Source: a virus (taxonomy: Duplodnaviria > Heunggongvirae > Uroviricota > Caudoviricetes). Taken from it: a stretch of DNA of 64,000 nucleotides. The stretch is taken from IMG/VR virus record IMGVR_UViG_3300017649_000004, one strand, 5' to 3'. Below, one piece after another: positions 47,717 to 57,002 of the stretch. Made by a program: the position numbers and the translations under genes. Below the pieces are notes generated by a model. That model was not told where the DNA came from. It saw only the letters and a list, made by a program, of their open reading frames with translations, and ran no database searches. Positions within the stretch are counted from its first letter, which is position 1, and every line of letters starts with the position of its first letter.

Positions 47717-48076
47717 ATGCCTGAACGTCAGGGAGAAATCTTCGTCTTTGGCTCGAACCAGGCCGGCGTCCATGGCGCCGGTGCAGCCAAATATGCGCGC
47801 GAGCGCCACGGTGCCGTCATGGGCCAGGGTGAAGGCTTGCAAGGCACAAGCTACGCCATTCCCACCAAGGACTGGACCATTCGCACACTGCCGCTCGACA
47901 TCATCCGCATCTTTGTCGACCGCTTCCTCGACTTCGCGCGAGAGCATCCGGAGATGTCCTTCTACGTGACGCCGATCGGATGCGGACTGGCGGGCTACAA
48001 GCGCGCCGACATCGAGCCGCTGTTCAAGGACATGCCGGCCAACTGCCGCTTTGCGGAGACGTGGGACGATCACTGA
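47717..48076 (+). CDS. hypothetical protein
   Basis: 119 aa from ATG with RBS AAGGAGG. Motif 'IFVFGSNQAGVHGAGAAKYA' is unassigned. Confidence 0.45.
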   Translation: MPERQGEIFVFGSNQAGVHGAGAAKYARERHGAVMGQGEGLQGTSYAIPTKDWTIRTLPLDIIRIFVDRFLDFAREHPEMSFYVTPIGCGLAGYKRADIEPLFKDMPANCRFAETWDDH

Positions 48077-48176
48077 TGGCTCGTGGCCCTGACCGGTTCA
48101 TCAACGCTGTGTGGGCCGCTCAGGGCTGCGCCGGCATCGCTTTATGTTTGCATTGGATCTTCACGGAGTTCTTTGG

Positions 48177-48740
48177 ATGATCGTCGCGAAAATCGACATC
48201 GAAACGACCGGGCTTCTGGCGCCGGATCATCGCATCATTGAGGTCTATACGAGCCTCTACAAGAACCGGAAGAAGGCGTTCGTCTACGACCAGCGGATTG
48301 ATCCGCAGCGCTCGATTTCCGCGGAAGCGCAGCGTGTTCATGGCATTGCCTACACCGATCTGCTCGGCAAGCCGACCTGGGATACCGTGGGCCCGGTCCT
48401 CTACAAAGTCCTCGAGCGCGCCGACCTGTATGTGTGGCACAACGGCGACGAGTTCGACGGTCCTTTCCTCGATATGGAGTTCAAGCGCATCGGGCTGCCG
48501 GGCCTGCCTAAGCGGCCGTCGATCGACACCATGGCGGAAGGTCTCTGGGCGACCCACAACGGCAAGAAGCCGAAGCTTGCCGAACTCTGCTTCGCCTGCG
48601 GCGTGCCGTATGACCCGGCAAAAGCACACGCAGCCTCCTATGACGTTGAGGTCATGGCCGAGTGCTTCTACCGCGGAGTCGAGTGGGGTTTCTTCAAGCT
48701 CCCGGAAGTAGCGAGCGAGGAAATGCGCCTCGCCGCTTGA
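48177..48740 (+). CDS. DnaQ-like DEDDh 3'-5' exonuclease
   Basis: Exo I 'IDIETTGL', Exo II 'YVWHNGDEFDGPFL', Exo III 'ASYDVEVMAECF'. Start taken at the internal ATG of ORF 48111-48740. Confidence 0.7.
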   Translation: MIVAKIDIETTGLLAPDHRIIEVYTSLYKNRKKAFVYDQRIDPQRSISAEAQRVHGIAYTDLLGKPTWDTVGPVLYKVLERADLYVWHNGDEFDGPFLDMEFKRIGLPGLPKRPSIDTMAEGLWATHNGKKPKLAELCFACGVPYDPAKAHAASYDVEVMAECFYRGVEWGFFKLPEVASEEMRLAA

Positions 48741-48833
48741 GCTCCCTGCCGCTCTCCAAGAATTGCTGCTGTATAAGTAAAACATAAGCAATTCAAAGCG
48801 TTAACGACGCAAGTGCGAACACAGGAGAGCATC

Positions 48834-49661
48834 ATGCAGGACGTAACAGCAATCAACACCGACGTCGCAGCGACGATGGAAAGCATCGACATGGCACTGG
48901 CTGATCTTGACCTCGAGAATGATGAGGTCGTCGAGGAGCTCGACGCGGCGCTCGAGGATCTGGAGGCGATCGCGGAAGAAGAAGCCGTGGTTGAAGAGCC
49001 GGAGGTTGTCGAGGAGCAGGAAGTCGAAGCAGCTGCCGAGGAGTCCACGCTGACCGCTGCGGCGATCGATGACGACCTGCTCGCGGATCTCGACCTGGAG
49101 CTTGCTCGCACCGAAGCCTACAACGCCCAGGAGTCGGCGCCGATCGCCTCTGAGGAGGAGCAGGAAGCCATCAAGGCCAAGGGCGCTGCTCGCGCCAAGA
49201 AGGCATCGAGCGGATCGAGCACGCCTCGCGCAGCAACGCCGCGCACGCCGCGCGACATTAACGCGGTGCCGGCAGAGGTCTTCGTTCTGAACGGCGACGT
49301 TGCTGCGATGGACGATGCGGCCAAGGATGCTGCGAAAGCTGCAACGATGGCGCTGCTGCCCAAGCAGGTGAAGGTCGCTGAGAAGTTCGAGAACCTTCTC
49401 ATGTCGCTCGCCGCCGGCAAGCTTCCCTCGCGCTACACGGTCGTCGCTTACAAGGCGCTCGCCGCGCGCAAGACGCTGACCTCCGCTGATCTGGTCGGCG
49501 CATACAAGGCAGAAGGTCTGAAGGAAGGCACTGCGCGCTCGCAGTCCGGTCAGATGATGAACCTCTTCTCGACCTTGCAGATCGCTGACCGCTCCGGTCA
49601 GACGCTGACGCTGCGCGAGGACTCGAACCTCGCTGCTCGCCTTAACGCACTGCTGAGCTAA
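48834..49661 (+). CDS. hypothetical protein with acidic N-terminus
   Basis: 276 aa from ATG with RBS AGGAGAG. D/E-rich N-terminal third, Ala-rich C-terminus. Confidence 0.5.
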   Translation: MQDVTAINTDVAATMESIDMALADLDLENDEVVEELDAALEDLEAIAEEEAVVEEPEVVEEQEVEAAAEESTLTAAAIDDDLLADLDLELARTEAYNAQESAPIASEEEQEAIKAKGAARAKKASSGSSTPRAATPRTPRDINAVPAEVFVLNGDVAAMDDAAKDAAKAATMALLPKQVKVAEKFENLLMSLAAGKLPSRYTVVAYKALAARKTLTSADLVGAYKAEGLKEGTARSQSGQMMNLFSTLQIADRSGQTLTLREDSNLAARLNALLS

Positions 49662-49676
49662 CGTCACCGCTCGCAG

Positions 49677-49713
49677 TGCAGCAGCTAGAGCCGTGGCCCC
49701 GGCTCTAGCTGCA
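49677..49713 (+). terminator. 13-bp-stem hairpin, possible terminator or processing site
   Basis: GCAGCTAGAGCCG-tggcc-CGGCTCTAGCTGC directly after the stop at 49661. No T-run. It is followed by a GCATCC box. Confidence 0.4.
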
Positions 49714-49757
49714 TCCGCTTCAACATCCGCTATATGGTAAGTAGCGACATACTTATG
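49710..49757 (+). promoter_or_regulatory. full promoter/5'-hairpin element
   Basis: GCATCCGC - N9 - CGCTATATGGTAAGTA - gcgaca - TACTTATGG. Confidence 0.5.
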
Positions 49758-49765
49758 GAGAGAAC

Positions 49766-50425
49766 ATGCCGCTCTGGAAGGTAAAGCGGGGGCGCGACGC
49801 CTACGCTATCGAGGAAACTATTGTCGAGGCTGAAAGCGCCGAGCAAGCCGAGCAAATTGCCACAGATCGCGACAATCGCGACGTGGTGAAGTGGGCCGAC
49901 ACCGGCGAGGTCGTCACCTTCGACGACACGCGCCTCTTCGACGGCGAGACCGTCAAGGTGGAGGATGACGAGGACGCGCTGCTGCTCGAAGCTAGAACCC
50001 TGCTGCTTTCGCCGCGTGAGGCTGCGACCCTGTTCGCGTCCATGCAGCACTACGCGGATGAGGGCTTTGATGAGCGCCACAATCGCCCCGATCGCGTCAA
50101 CTTCTTCGCGACGAGCAACGGCATGTTCCGGGCGCTTGAGCGCGACGAGGTTTACATGCTGCTGGGCAAGCTTTCGAGGTTCTTCAGCCTCAAGCTGCGC
50201 ATGGAAACGCCCGTGGATCCCGCAGCTGCCAATTTCCACACCATCACCGTGAGCCGCGAGGAGCACTCGACCATCCTCGCCGCGCTGCGCATGTGGATCG
50301 ACAACCTGATGCGCGGGCCCGACTACTTCAGCGATGCGCTGCTCGAAATAGCCACCAATGGCGACAAGCACGACTTGCTTGCCCCGGAAGCCATTGATGC
50401 GCTTTGTGAGAGGGTCAACGTCTGA
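49766..50425 (+). CDS. hypothetical protein
   Basis: 219-aa ORF preceded by a full promoter/hairpin element. Confidence 0.5.
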   Translation: MPLWKVKRGRDAYAIEETIVEAESAEQAEQIATDRDNRDVVKWADTGEVVTFDDTRLFDGETVKVEDDEDALLLEARTLLLSPREAATLFASMQHYADEGFDERHNRPDRVNFFATSNGMFRALERDEVYMLLGKLSRFFSLKLRMETPVDPAAANFHTITVSREEHSTILAALRMWIDNLMRGPDYFSDALLEIATNGDKHDLLAPEAIDALCERVNV

Positions 50426-50568
50426 TGCTGACCGACGCCACCGCTACCCTCCCCGCCGAGGAGGTTTCCGTCGAACCCAAGGAGACCGAGCACCATCCGG
50501 TCTTCCGCGACTTCATTCATGTCGGCTCGATCGACAAGTTCGCCTGATTTTTACCCAAGAGAGTAAGT

Positions 50569-50817
50569 ATGCACTTCCTGATTTCTGCCGTCACCGAGAC
50601 TGCAACTGACTGGTTGCTGCGCATCAAGGAGACGCTGCGCTGGCTCGCCGATGGAGGCTCCGACCGGGCGCTCCGGCAGTCCATCAGCGATAACCTGCCC
50701 GACCTCAGCACCTACCAGGTCGCGCTAATCCTCGGCGTTCTCGCGCTCGCCTGGGCGTTCTACGCCTGCCTGTTCCTGCACCCGGAAGACGAGCGCCGTG
50801 ATCGAGATATTTACTGA
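50569..50817 (+). CDS. small membrane protein
   Basis: 82 aa. Its start codon lies inside the loop of an AAGT-atgc-ACTT hairpin. Confidence 0.4.
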   Translation: MHFLISAVTETATDWLLRIKETLRWLADGGSDRALRQSISDNLPDLSTYQVALILGVLALAWAFYACLFLHPEDERRDRDIY

Positions 50818-51244
50818 CGGCGGCTGCCGGCCGAACCCGGGCGTCGGCGCATGGGCTGCGATCCTGCTGTGGAAGGGGCACATGCGTGAGCTGACCGGCT
50901 CGGAGCGTGGGACGACCAACAACCGGATGGAGATGATGGCCGTCATCAAGGGGCTCGGCGCGATCAAGAAGCCGAACCAGAAGATCACCGTCTACACCGA
51001 CAGCAAATACGTCCAGCAGGGCATCACTTCCTGGATCAAGAAGTGGAAGAAGAACGGCTGGAAGACCACACAGAACACGCCGGTCAAGAACGAGGATCTC
51101 TGGAAGAAGATGGATCGGCTCCTCGGTGAGCATGACGTCACCTTCCGGTGGATCAAGGGCCACAACGACAACCCGCTCAATGAGCGCGCCGACGCGCTCT
51201 GCACCCAATCGATCAACCGTGAATATGGAGGCGTCTATGTCTGA
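50798..51244 (+). CDS. rnhA: ribonuclease HI
   Basis: 'IEIFTDGGCRPNPGVGAWAAIL', 'RMEMMAVIKGL', 'VYTDSKYV', and 'NERADALC' form the canonical RNase H D-E-D-D set. Confidence 0.85.
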   Translation: MIEIFTDGGCRPNPGVGAWAAILLWKGHMRELTGSERGTTNNRMEMMAVIKGLGAIKKPNQKITVYTDSKYVQQGITSWIKKWKKNGWKTTQNTPVKNEDLWKKMDRLLGEHDVTFRWIKGHNDNPLNERADALCTQSINREYGGVYV

Positions 51245-51437
51245 GGCGGTCGAGCCGATCAGAAGCATCTCCTTCATCCCCGGAACGAGTCGCGTTCGCA
51301 TTCGTTGGCGTAACGGCTTCAACCGCGAGCAGCGCATTGCCTTCCTCGAACAGCTGAAGGTTCAGGTTCGCAATGAGCTGGTCGTGGAGAAGATGCAGAG
51401 CTACCTGGAGGAGCCGGAAATGGCCCTCTCCCCGTAA
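51237..51437 (+). CDS. hypothetical small protein
   Basis: 66 aa. ATG overlaps the rnhA stop (ATGTCTGA). Confidence 0.4.
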   Translation: MSEAVEPIRSISFIPGTSRVRIRWRNGFNREQRIAFLEQLKVQVRNELVVEKMQSYLEEPEMALSP

Positions 51438-51664
51438 ACCTGCACGACTTTGTTGGCTGTTCCTTTGCAGGAATAGCAGAGCTCCTGGCACTTGGAGCTG
51501 CACAGAAGGCGCGCAACCTCATCACGCGTCGGCTTCTTCGAGGCAGTCAGGAGCTTGAGCCCCACGAACATGGCCGTTTGGGGCGACAGGACGGTGTTCT
51601 TACGCGCGTTCGCGCGGGCAAGAAGCGCCTCACCAAGCTCAGCTTCGGTCCACGTCCTGGTCAT
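51401..51664 (-). CDS. hypothetical Cys-containing protein (minus strand)
   Basis: 87 aa with high GC3. C-terminal 'LLCSSKCQELCYSCKG'. It fills a + strand gap between 51437 and 51703. The RBS is weak. Confidence 0.3.
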   Translation of the reverse strand: MTRTWTEAELGEALLARANARKNTVLSPQTAMFVGLKLLTASKKPTRDEVARLLCSSKCQELCYSCKGTANKVVQVYGERAISGSSR

Positions 51665-51702
51665 GTTCCTATTTCGTTCTCATTTGGACAGGAGTCAAGC
51701 GT

Positions 51703-51906
51703 ATGTCCGACATGACCGAGTTCGAAAAAGCCAAGCGCCGGGAAACCCTCGAGGAATGCGCATCCATGATCCAGGACTTCCTGAACGATCTGGTGACCGA
51801 GGCGGCGGATCCCGACATCGAATCCTATGAGGACGTCGATCCGCAGCTGAGCCGGCTGCACAGCGAGATCCTGGGTCTGCTGAAGGAAACTGACACCAAG
51901 CACTGA
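51703..51906 (+). CDS. hypothetical acidic small protein
   Basis: 67-aa ORF. Confidence 0.35.
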   Translation: MSDMTEFEKAKRRETLEECASMIQDFLNDLVTEAADPDIESYEDVDPQLSRLHSEILGLLKETDTKH

Positions 51907-51964
51907 AACCTGCCGCAGTCCAACTGCGCGCTCGCTATAGATAAAACGCAATAAATTCAATACG

Positions 51965-52366
51965 TTGAGCGAAAGAACCGCTTCAACGAGGAGGGAAGCT
52001 TTGCCCGAATTTCAGAAGTTCGCGCGCGCGGTGAAGGCGCGCTTTGATCAGATGTCCAAGCATGAGCTTTACGTGGTGGACGTCGACGACCTCTTCGACA
52101 AGTATCTGGCCGCCTTCCCGGAAGGCACCAATCCCATCTACCGCGTGCGCACCTATCACGACGGCTCCTACGACAAGCACTTCATCCGTGCCGTGGGTAA
52201 TGTAGTGTCGATCGCCGACGGTAAGGTTTCCACGCTGTGGGATCTGAAGGGACTGCCTTACCCGTATGACGTCGTTGCCAAGCGCCTCGACCTGGAGGAA
52301 GATGACGGCGGGCCTTGCCTCTGGATTAAGGCAAGAAACGCCTATCCCGGCACCCGCGGGCAGTAG
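51965..52366 (+). CDS. hypothetical protein
   Basis: ORF with a non-ATG start. TTG at 52001 with RBS GGAGGG is an alternative start. Confidence 0.4.
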   Translation: MSERTASTRREALPEFQKFARAVKARFDQMSKHELYVVDVDDLFDKYLAAFPEGTNPIYRVRTYHDGSYDKHFIRAVGNVVSIADGKVSTLWDLKGLPYPYDVVAKRLDLEEDDGGPCLWIKARNAYPGTRGQ

Positions 52367-52414
52367 AATCTTGTTTAATCACCACCAAACAAGCTAACAG
52401 AGAAATATAGCACA

Positions 52415-53365
52415 GTGCTCAAACAGTTTGCCCTAGATTACCAGTCGCATGCGTTCCGCTCCACGAGGGCGATACATGCCGACTGTTTCGAGTGGCTGGG
52501 TCGCATTCCCGCAGACAGCCTCCACGCCATTGTGACCGACCCGCCCTATGGAGTGAAGGAATACGATTTCGATCAATTGGAGAAGAAGGATAACGGCAAC
52601 GGCGGCATATGGCGCATCCCGCCCTCCTTTGATGGTCATATACGGTCGCCCCTCCCGCGATTCACAGCCCTCGATAAGAAAGAGCGTGAAGCCATTGACC
52701 GCTTCTTCTTTGAGTGGGGCAAACAGGTCATTCATGCCCTTCGGCCCGGCGGGCATGTATTTCTCGCCAGCAATTCATTTTTGTCGCAGCTGGTGTTCAG
52801 TGCTCTAGTGCGCAGTGGGCTTGAGTTTCGCGGGGAGTTCATCCGGCTAGTGCGCACCCTTCGAGGAGGGGACCGCCCAAAGAACGCTGAGGAGGAGTTC
52901 CCGGATGTGTGCTCCATGCCGCGAGGCTGCTACGAACCGTGGGGCATTTTCCGCAAGCCGATCCCGACAAAGATGACTGTCGCCGAGTGCCTGCGCACGT
53001 ATCAGACCGGCGGGCTGCGTCGTCTCGCTGATGGCAACCCTTTTGCGGATGTCGTGCTCAGTGAGCGGACGCCGAAACGCGAACGTGAGATTGCGAACCA
53101 CCCAAGCATCAAACCGCAATCGCTGATGCGCCAGATCGTTCGCGCAGCCCTCCCTTTGGGTGAGGGCGTGATTGCCGATCCATTCATGGGCTCTGGCTCC
53201 ACCGTGGCAGCAGCGGAGGCACTAGGGCTACATTGCGTGGGCGTAGAGCGGTATCGGGACTATTACGACATGGCTGTCGAAGCAGTGCCGCAACTCGCTC
53301 GCGTCGATGTTCGATCCTTTGCCCACAAGGAAGTGGAGCTGGAATCGCAGCTCCATCTCCTCTGA
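52415..53365 (+). CDS. DNA methyltransferase (beta-class N6-adenine/N4-cytosine)
   Basis: Motif IV 'IVTDPPYGV' precedes motif I 'ADPFMGSGSTVAAAEALG'. No hairpin promoter element lies upstream. Confidence 0.8.
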   Translation: MLKQFALDYQSHAFRSTRAIHADCFEWLGRIPADSLHAIVTDPPYGVKEYDFDQLEKKDNGNGGIWRIPPSFDGHIRSPLPRFTALDKKEREAIDRFFFEWGKQVIHALRPGGHVFLASNSFLSQLVFSALVRSGLEFRGEFIRLVRTLRGGDRPKNAEEEFPDVCSMPRGCYEPWGIFRKPIPTKMTVAECLRTYQTGGLRRLADGNPFADVVLSERTPKREREIANHPSIKPQSLMRQIVRAALPLGEGVIADPFMGSGSTVAAAEALGLHCVGVERYRDYYDMAVEAVPQLARVDVRSFAHKEVELESQLHLL

Positions 53366-54037
53366 CTACAACGGCAAGCCTGGCGCGTTGTAGATCCAGT
53401 TCGCCATCATCTTCTCGTAGCCGGAGTTGGTCACGCTTGCCGTGATCGTTCTCCGGCTAGTTTCGGACCGCCCGGCGAACTTCCAATCCTCTTTGGTCAA
53501 TTGTGCGCCCACAACGCGGAGGAACCGGAAAGGCATGGGTGGCACCCCGTTCGCCTCATCAACCGCTCGGTTGCCGTCGAACATGATCACCATCAACCAG
53601 CAATCCTCCGCGTTGTGCCCTTGCCACGACTTGAGGTAGCGAGAGGCCTTAACCTCGATACCTTCGTTGCAGTATTGCATCGAATCGTTAGGGAACCGTC
53701 CAGCTGGAAGAAGGTCTGGGTGCCCGTTGTGGTAACGATTCTTGACGATGCCCGGGGAGTGTTTGGGCAGATTCGCGGTCATGAACTCGCCCACAATGCT
53801 GCTAAAGTTCGCGGGCATCAGCATTGTCTCTAAACGAGGTGATGCGTTCTCATGCAGCCGAACATTAACCATCTGCATGAAGCCGATGAAATCGTTCATC
53901 GCCGCGCAGATGTGTTCGATCGTCACGCCGTAAGGGATAACCGCATTTGGGTTGAAGTGCTCGATCTTTACCGGCTCAGGGTTGCAGGCTTGGAATTCTA
54001 GTTGTTCTTCTGGTGTCATCCGCTCCGCTTGCTCCAC
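53366..54037 (-). CDS. candidate type II restriction endonuclease (PD-(D/E)xK)
   Basis: 223-aa minus-strand gene convergent with and abutting the MTase. It has a PD...ExK arrangement ('HPDLLPAGRFPNDSMQYCNEGIEVK'). Confidence 0.45.
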   Translation of the reverse strand: MEQAERMTPEEQLEFQACNPEPVKIEHFNPNAVIPYGVTIEHICAAMNDFIGFMQMVNVRLHENASPRLETMLMPANFSSIVGEFMTANLPKHSPGIVKNRYHNGHPDLLPAGRFPNDSMQYCNEGIEVKASRYLKSWQGHNAEDCWLMVIMFDGNRAVDEANGVPPMPFRFLRVVGAQLTKEDWKFAGRSETSRRTITASVTNSGYEKMMANWIYNAPGLPL

Positions 54038-54094
54038 AAGTTATTACAACACTGTGATGCTAGCGGTGAACAAGACAACGTGCCAGAGGGATGA

Positions 54095-54325
54095 GTTGCG
54101 CCCAGATCGCTTGCGCTGGCGAGGGAGAAGGCCGACGCGATCCGCGAGAAGCTGGCGCGGGGAGAAGACCCGAGAGCAGAAAAGAAGCCGGCCCGCATCG
54201 TCACCTTCGCCGACTGCATGATCGACTTCCACCGGCACTTTGCGGCGTCTCGCGAGAGGGCGCTCGCCCGGCTTGAGGAGATCAGGCGGCAGATGCAGGA
54301 GGAGGAAGAGGACGAAGCCGCGTAA
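54095..54325 (+). pseudogene. tyrosine-integrase N-terminal fragment (remnant)
   Basis: A start-less frame translates to '...AREKADAIREKLARGEDPRAEKKPARIVTFADCMIDFHRHF...', resembling the integrase arm-linker region ('ARERRDEARKLLAEGIDPSEARKAEK...TFGEVAEEW' type). No catalytic domain follows. Confidence 0.35.
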
Positions 54326-54337
54326 CTTCCTCACGCA

Positions 54338-54383
54338 GCCCAAATATGTGCGCGCTATACAGTAAGTATCAGCTTACTTACGG
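54338..54383 (+). promoter_or_regulatory. full promoter/5'-hairpin element
   Basis: GCCCA - N10 - CGCTATACAGTAAGTA - tcagct - TACTTAC. Confidence 0.5.
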
Positions 54384-54394
54384 AGTGTAACACG

Positions 54395-54523
54395 ATGAAG
54401 GATCCGCTCGAGCCGCACATCAACCAGGACGGCACCGCGTTCAATGGCAACCACGCCGTGATCGCGGTGTCCGCCCTGATCGCAGTTCTCGCCGGTATCG
54501 GCGCAATCGTCAGCTTGTTCTGA
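54395..54523 (+). CDS. small TM peptide
   Basis: 42 aa, 'MKDPLEPHINQDGTAFNGNHAVIAVSALIAVLAGIGAIVSLF'. Preceded by a full promoter/hairpin element. Confidence 0.35.
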   Translation: MKDPLEPHINQDGTAFNGNHAVIAVSALIAVLAGIGAIVSLF

Positions 54524-54535
54524 CAGGAGGTCAAA

Positions 54536-54652
54536 TGGGTCTGCTGACCGTCATCGGAGGCCTGGTAGTCGCCGGTCTCATCGTTCTCGGCGCTTACACC
54601 GCCGCAAATCGCATCACCAATTCCAGCCCGAAGCGCAGAAAGGGAAACTAGG
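54536..54652 (+). CDS. small TM peptide
   Basis: 38 aa, 'MGLLTVIGGLVVAGLIVLGAYTAANRITNSSPKRRKGN'. RBS CAGGAGG. Confidence 0.35.
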
Positions 54653-54653
54653 C

Positions 54654-55502
54654 ATGTCCATCAGGGGTGTTATCGGCCTGATCGGTCTCTTCTTCGTCGT
54701 CGCCATCCTCGGTGGCTCGTTCTACCAGGTTGACGAAGGTCACCGCGGTATCATTCTGCGCAATGGCGCGCTCGTCGGCGTTGCCGATCCTGGCCTTCAC
54801 ATGAAGATGCCGTTCGTGGACGAGGTTCGCAGCATGAGCGTCCAGTCGCACGCCCTGGAGCTCAAGAACGAGCCTGCCTACTCCGCCGATCGCCAGCAGG
54901 CGGACATCACCTTGTCGGTGAACTACGCTCCGCTGCCGAGCGAGGTCGCTTCGATCTTCAAGTCCTTCGGCGGTATCGAAGGCATGGAGGCGCGTGAGTT
55001 GCAGCGCCAGCTCAAGCAGGAGCTCAAGACGGTCTTTGGCCGCTACACGGCTGATACGGCGATCCGCGAGCGCGCGAAGCTCCACGCTGACATTGCCGAA
55101 GCCCTTGGCAACATCGGCCGTGGCTACATTCGCGTCGAAGGCATGAACATCGAGAACATCGACTTCTCGAAGGTCGTCGAAAAGGCAGCTGAGGATCGCG
55201 CCGTCGCTGAAATGGGTGTTGCGACCAAGCGCCAGGAACTCGAACGCGAGAAGGTCCAGGCTGAAATTCAGGTCACGCAGGCTCAGGCGCGAGCTGACTC
55301 CGAATATGCAGTCGCCGAAGCAGCAGCGAAGGCAATTCGTGTGAAAGGTGAAGCTGAAGCCCACGCCATTCGCGAACGCGGTAAGGCTCTGCGCGAGAAC
55401 CCTGAGCTGGTTGGTCTGATCACCGCGGAGAAGTGGAACGGCGCACTGCCGCAGCAGATGGTCCCGGGTAGCGCAGTGCCGTTCGTCAGTCTGAACAAAT
55501 AA
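54654..55502 (+). CDS. SPFH/band-7 (prohibitin/HflC-like) membrane protein
   Basis: N-terminal TM helix followed by 'FYQVDEGHRGIILRNGALVGVADPGLHMKMPFVDEVRSMSVQ' (SPFH core), then a coiled-coil C-terminus. Confidence 0.75.
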   Translation: MSIRGVIGLIGLFFVVAILGGSFYQVDEGHRGIILRNGALVGVADPGLHMKMPFVDEVRSMSVQSHALELKNEPAYSADRQQADITLSVNYAPLPSEVASIFKSFGGIEGMEARELQRQLKQELKTVFGRYTADTAIRERAKLHADIAEALGNIGRGYIRVEGMNIENIDFSKVVEKAAEDRAVAEMGVATKRQELEREKVQAEIQVTQAQARADSEYAVAEAAAKAIRVKGEAEAHAIRERGKALRENPELVGLITAEKWNGALPQQMVPGSAVPFVSLNK

Positions 55503-55659
55503 TCGTCCTCCCAAGACGAAGCGAAAGGGGCGGCGCATCTGCGTCGCCCCTCTTTTTGTTATCCGCCGGCTCCCATGGGCAGAACATTCCGCTCGCGTTC
55601 CTGCCGACTTCCAAGTGTTCGAGTGCGATTATCTTTGCATCAGCACAAAGGAGCACCGA

Positions 55660-55956
55660 ATGTATTTCTTCTATCCTCCGCACAGCGAGAACAAAGGCGC
55701 GCAGATCAACATTTGGAAATGGAACGGCACGAAGCAATACCTCAAGCACTACGATCAGATGCTCTACCTTCATTTCGTCCTGAAAAATCCTCGGGCGAGT
55801 GAGCAGGAAAAGAGGATCGCCAGGCACGAGATCGGCATCGCCGAAAAGAAGCTCGCCTTCTGGACCCGTCACCCGAACTTTGATGAGCAGGAGGCACAGA
55901 AGGGCGCGGAAAAGCTCAAGAAGATGTGGTTAAGCGGCGAGCGTGTCGTCGCTTAG
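55660..55956 (+). CDS. hypothetical protein
   Basis: 98 aa from ATG with RBS AAAGGAG. Confidence 0.4.
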   Translation: MYFFYPPHSENKGAQINIWKWNGTKQYLKHYDQMLYLHFVLKNPRASEQEKRIARHEIGIAEKKLAFWTRHPNFDEQEAQKGAEKLKKMWLSGERVVA

Positions 55957-56145
55957 AGGGTCGCTATAAGCGTCGGTCCCGAAGAACAGGGCCTCGACCG
56001 CCAGCTGCGCGAAGTCCGTGGAGCCTTCCTGAAGGAAGGTTTCACGGTCGAAGCTGTGGCCGGCGTTGACGCAGAACTCCTCGATGGAGTCCAGAATGAA
56101 ATCCTGCAATCGCTCCGCGACTGCCAAAAACTCGCTCCTGGTCAT
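55930..56145 (-). CDS. hypothetical small protein (minus strand)
   Basis: 71 aa, occupying a + strand gap. Plausible RBS AGGAA. Confidence 0.3.
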   Translation of the reverse strand: MTRSEFLAVAERLQDFILDSIEEFCVNAGHSFDRETFLQEGSTDFAQLAVEALFFGTDAYSDPLSDDTLAA

Positions 56146-56369
56146 TTGTGTTCCTGTTTTGTTCTCTCCGGAATAAATTCCTAGCTGCTTCGCTCGGCGC
56201 CGGCAACAGGATTCTCGACCCGCTCACAACCCGCGTCAGACCCAAGCTGACGCGCGCTATAAGTGACATGTGAGTAAGACGAGCAAAGGAGATAGCTAGA
56301 CGATTACATAGCTAGATAGCTATATCATGCTCCGATCTTCCGTTTCTGAAATTGCCTGGGAGCATGATG

Positions 56370-56525
56370 ATGACCAAAACAAACCCTGTAGCAAAAGCTC
56401 TCGCGAACCGTGCGCTGCATCAGCGCAAAGTCAAGCCGCGCAAGGGGCGCGGGAGCTACACCCGCAAGAACCAGAAAATCCCGGATGTTCCAGCCTGGTC
56501 GCGCATCGAGCCGCCGCCAGGATAG
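56370..56525 (+). CDS. small basic ORF with ArfA-like motif (tentative)
   Basis: About 52 aa, 'MTKTNPVAKALANRALHQRKVKPRKGRGSYTRKNQ...'. The KGRGSY-RK stretch recalls the ArfA ribosome-rescue motif. Confidence 0.2.
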   Translation: MTKTNPVAKALANRALHQRKVKPRKGRGSYTRKNQKIPDVPAWSRIEPPPG

Positions 56526-56538
56526 AAAGGCCTACCCC

Positions 56539-56802
56539 ATGATCGAGGCGTTAGCGATCACGGTCACAGTTTTAATGGCGGACGCAAAGCCCCAGGACGA
56601 CGCGCGCATCGTGCCATTCCGAGTCATGCCTCTGGAAGAATGCCACGATTGGCAGCGCCGTCAGCGCAGTCATCCGAAGGAGACAGTCGACCGGACGACC
56701 TTCAGGAAGGTTGAAGCCGTCTACTACGAGTGCCTGACCGTTGGTCCGGAGCTTCAGACCTTGGTGGGTATATCGGCTGGAATGATGTCGGCTCCGAAGT
56801 AG
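56539..56802 (+). CDS. hypothetical protein
   Basis: 87 aa from the internal ATG of ORF 56410-56802. Confidence 0.4.
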   Translation: MIEALAITVTVLMADAKPQDDARIVPFRVMPLEECHDWQRRQRSHPKETVDRTTFRKVEAVYYECLTVGPELQTLVGISAGMMSAPK

Positions 56803-57002
56803 TGAGCCGCTCTGGCGAACTCGTCCAGGTCGAAGCATACCGTCGCCTGGAGCTTAAATGCGTCGAACTTAATCCCCCGCTGCGTGAAGTGCCCTTCTAC
56901 GCTATTCCAAATGGTCCGCTCGAGGGAGCGAACCTCCTCATCAAATCGCTCTCTGTCCATCTTGTGGAACTCAGTGTCCCGGAGTTTTGGTATCAAGGAC
57001 AT
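56754..57002 (-). CDS. hypothetical protein (minus strand)
   Basis: 82 aa with a coherent sequence. It converges on the 56539 ORF. Confidence 0.35.
   Translation of the reverse strand: MSLIPKLRDTEFHKMDRERFDEEVRSLERTIWNSVEGHFTQRGIKFDAFKLQATVCFDLDEFARAAHYFGADIIPADIPTKV

Noticed and set aside
47717-48076. Assigning the 'FGSNQAGVHGAGAAKYA' protein to macro or SLOG/LOG families
   Set aside because: The resemblance is too vague to support a call without a profile search. Left as hypothetical.
54091-54276. ATG-initiated 61-aa ORF 'MSCAQIACAGEGEG...' at the integrase-fragment locus
   Set aside because: It is an Arg/Gly-rich nonsense translation. The start-less alternative frame gives integrase-like sequence, so the locus is called a pseudogene remnant instead.
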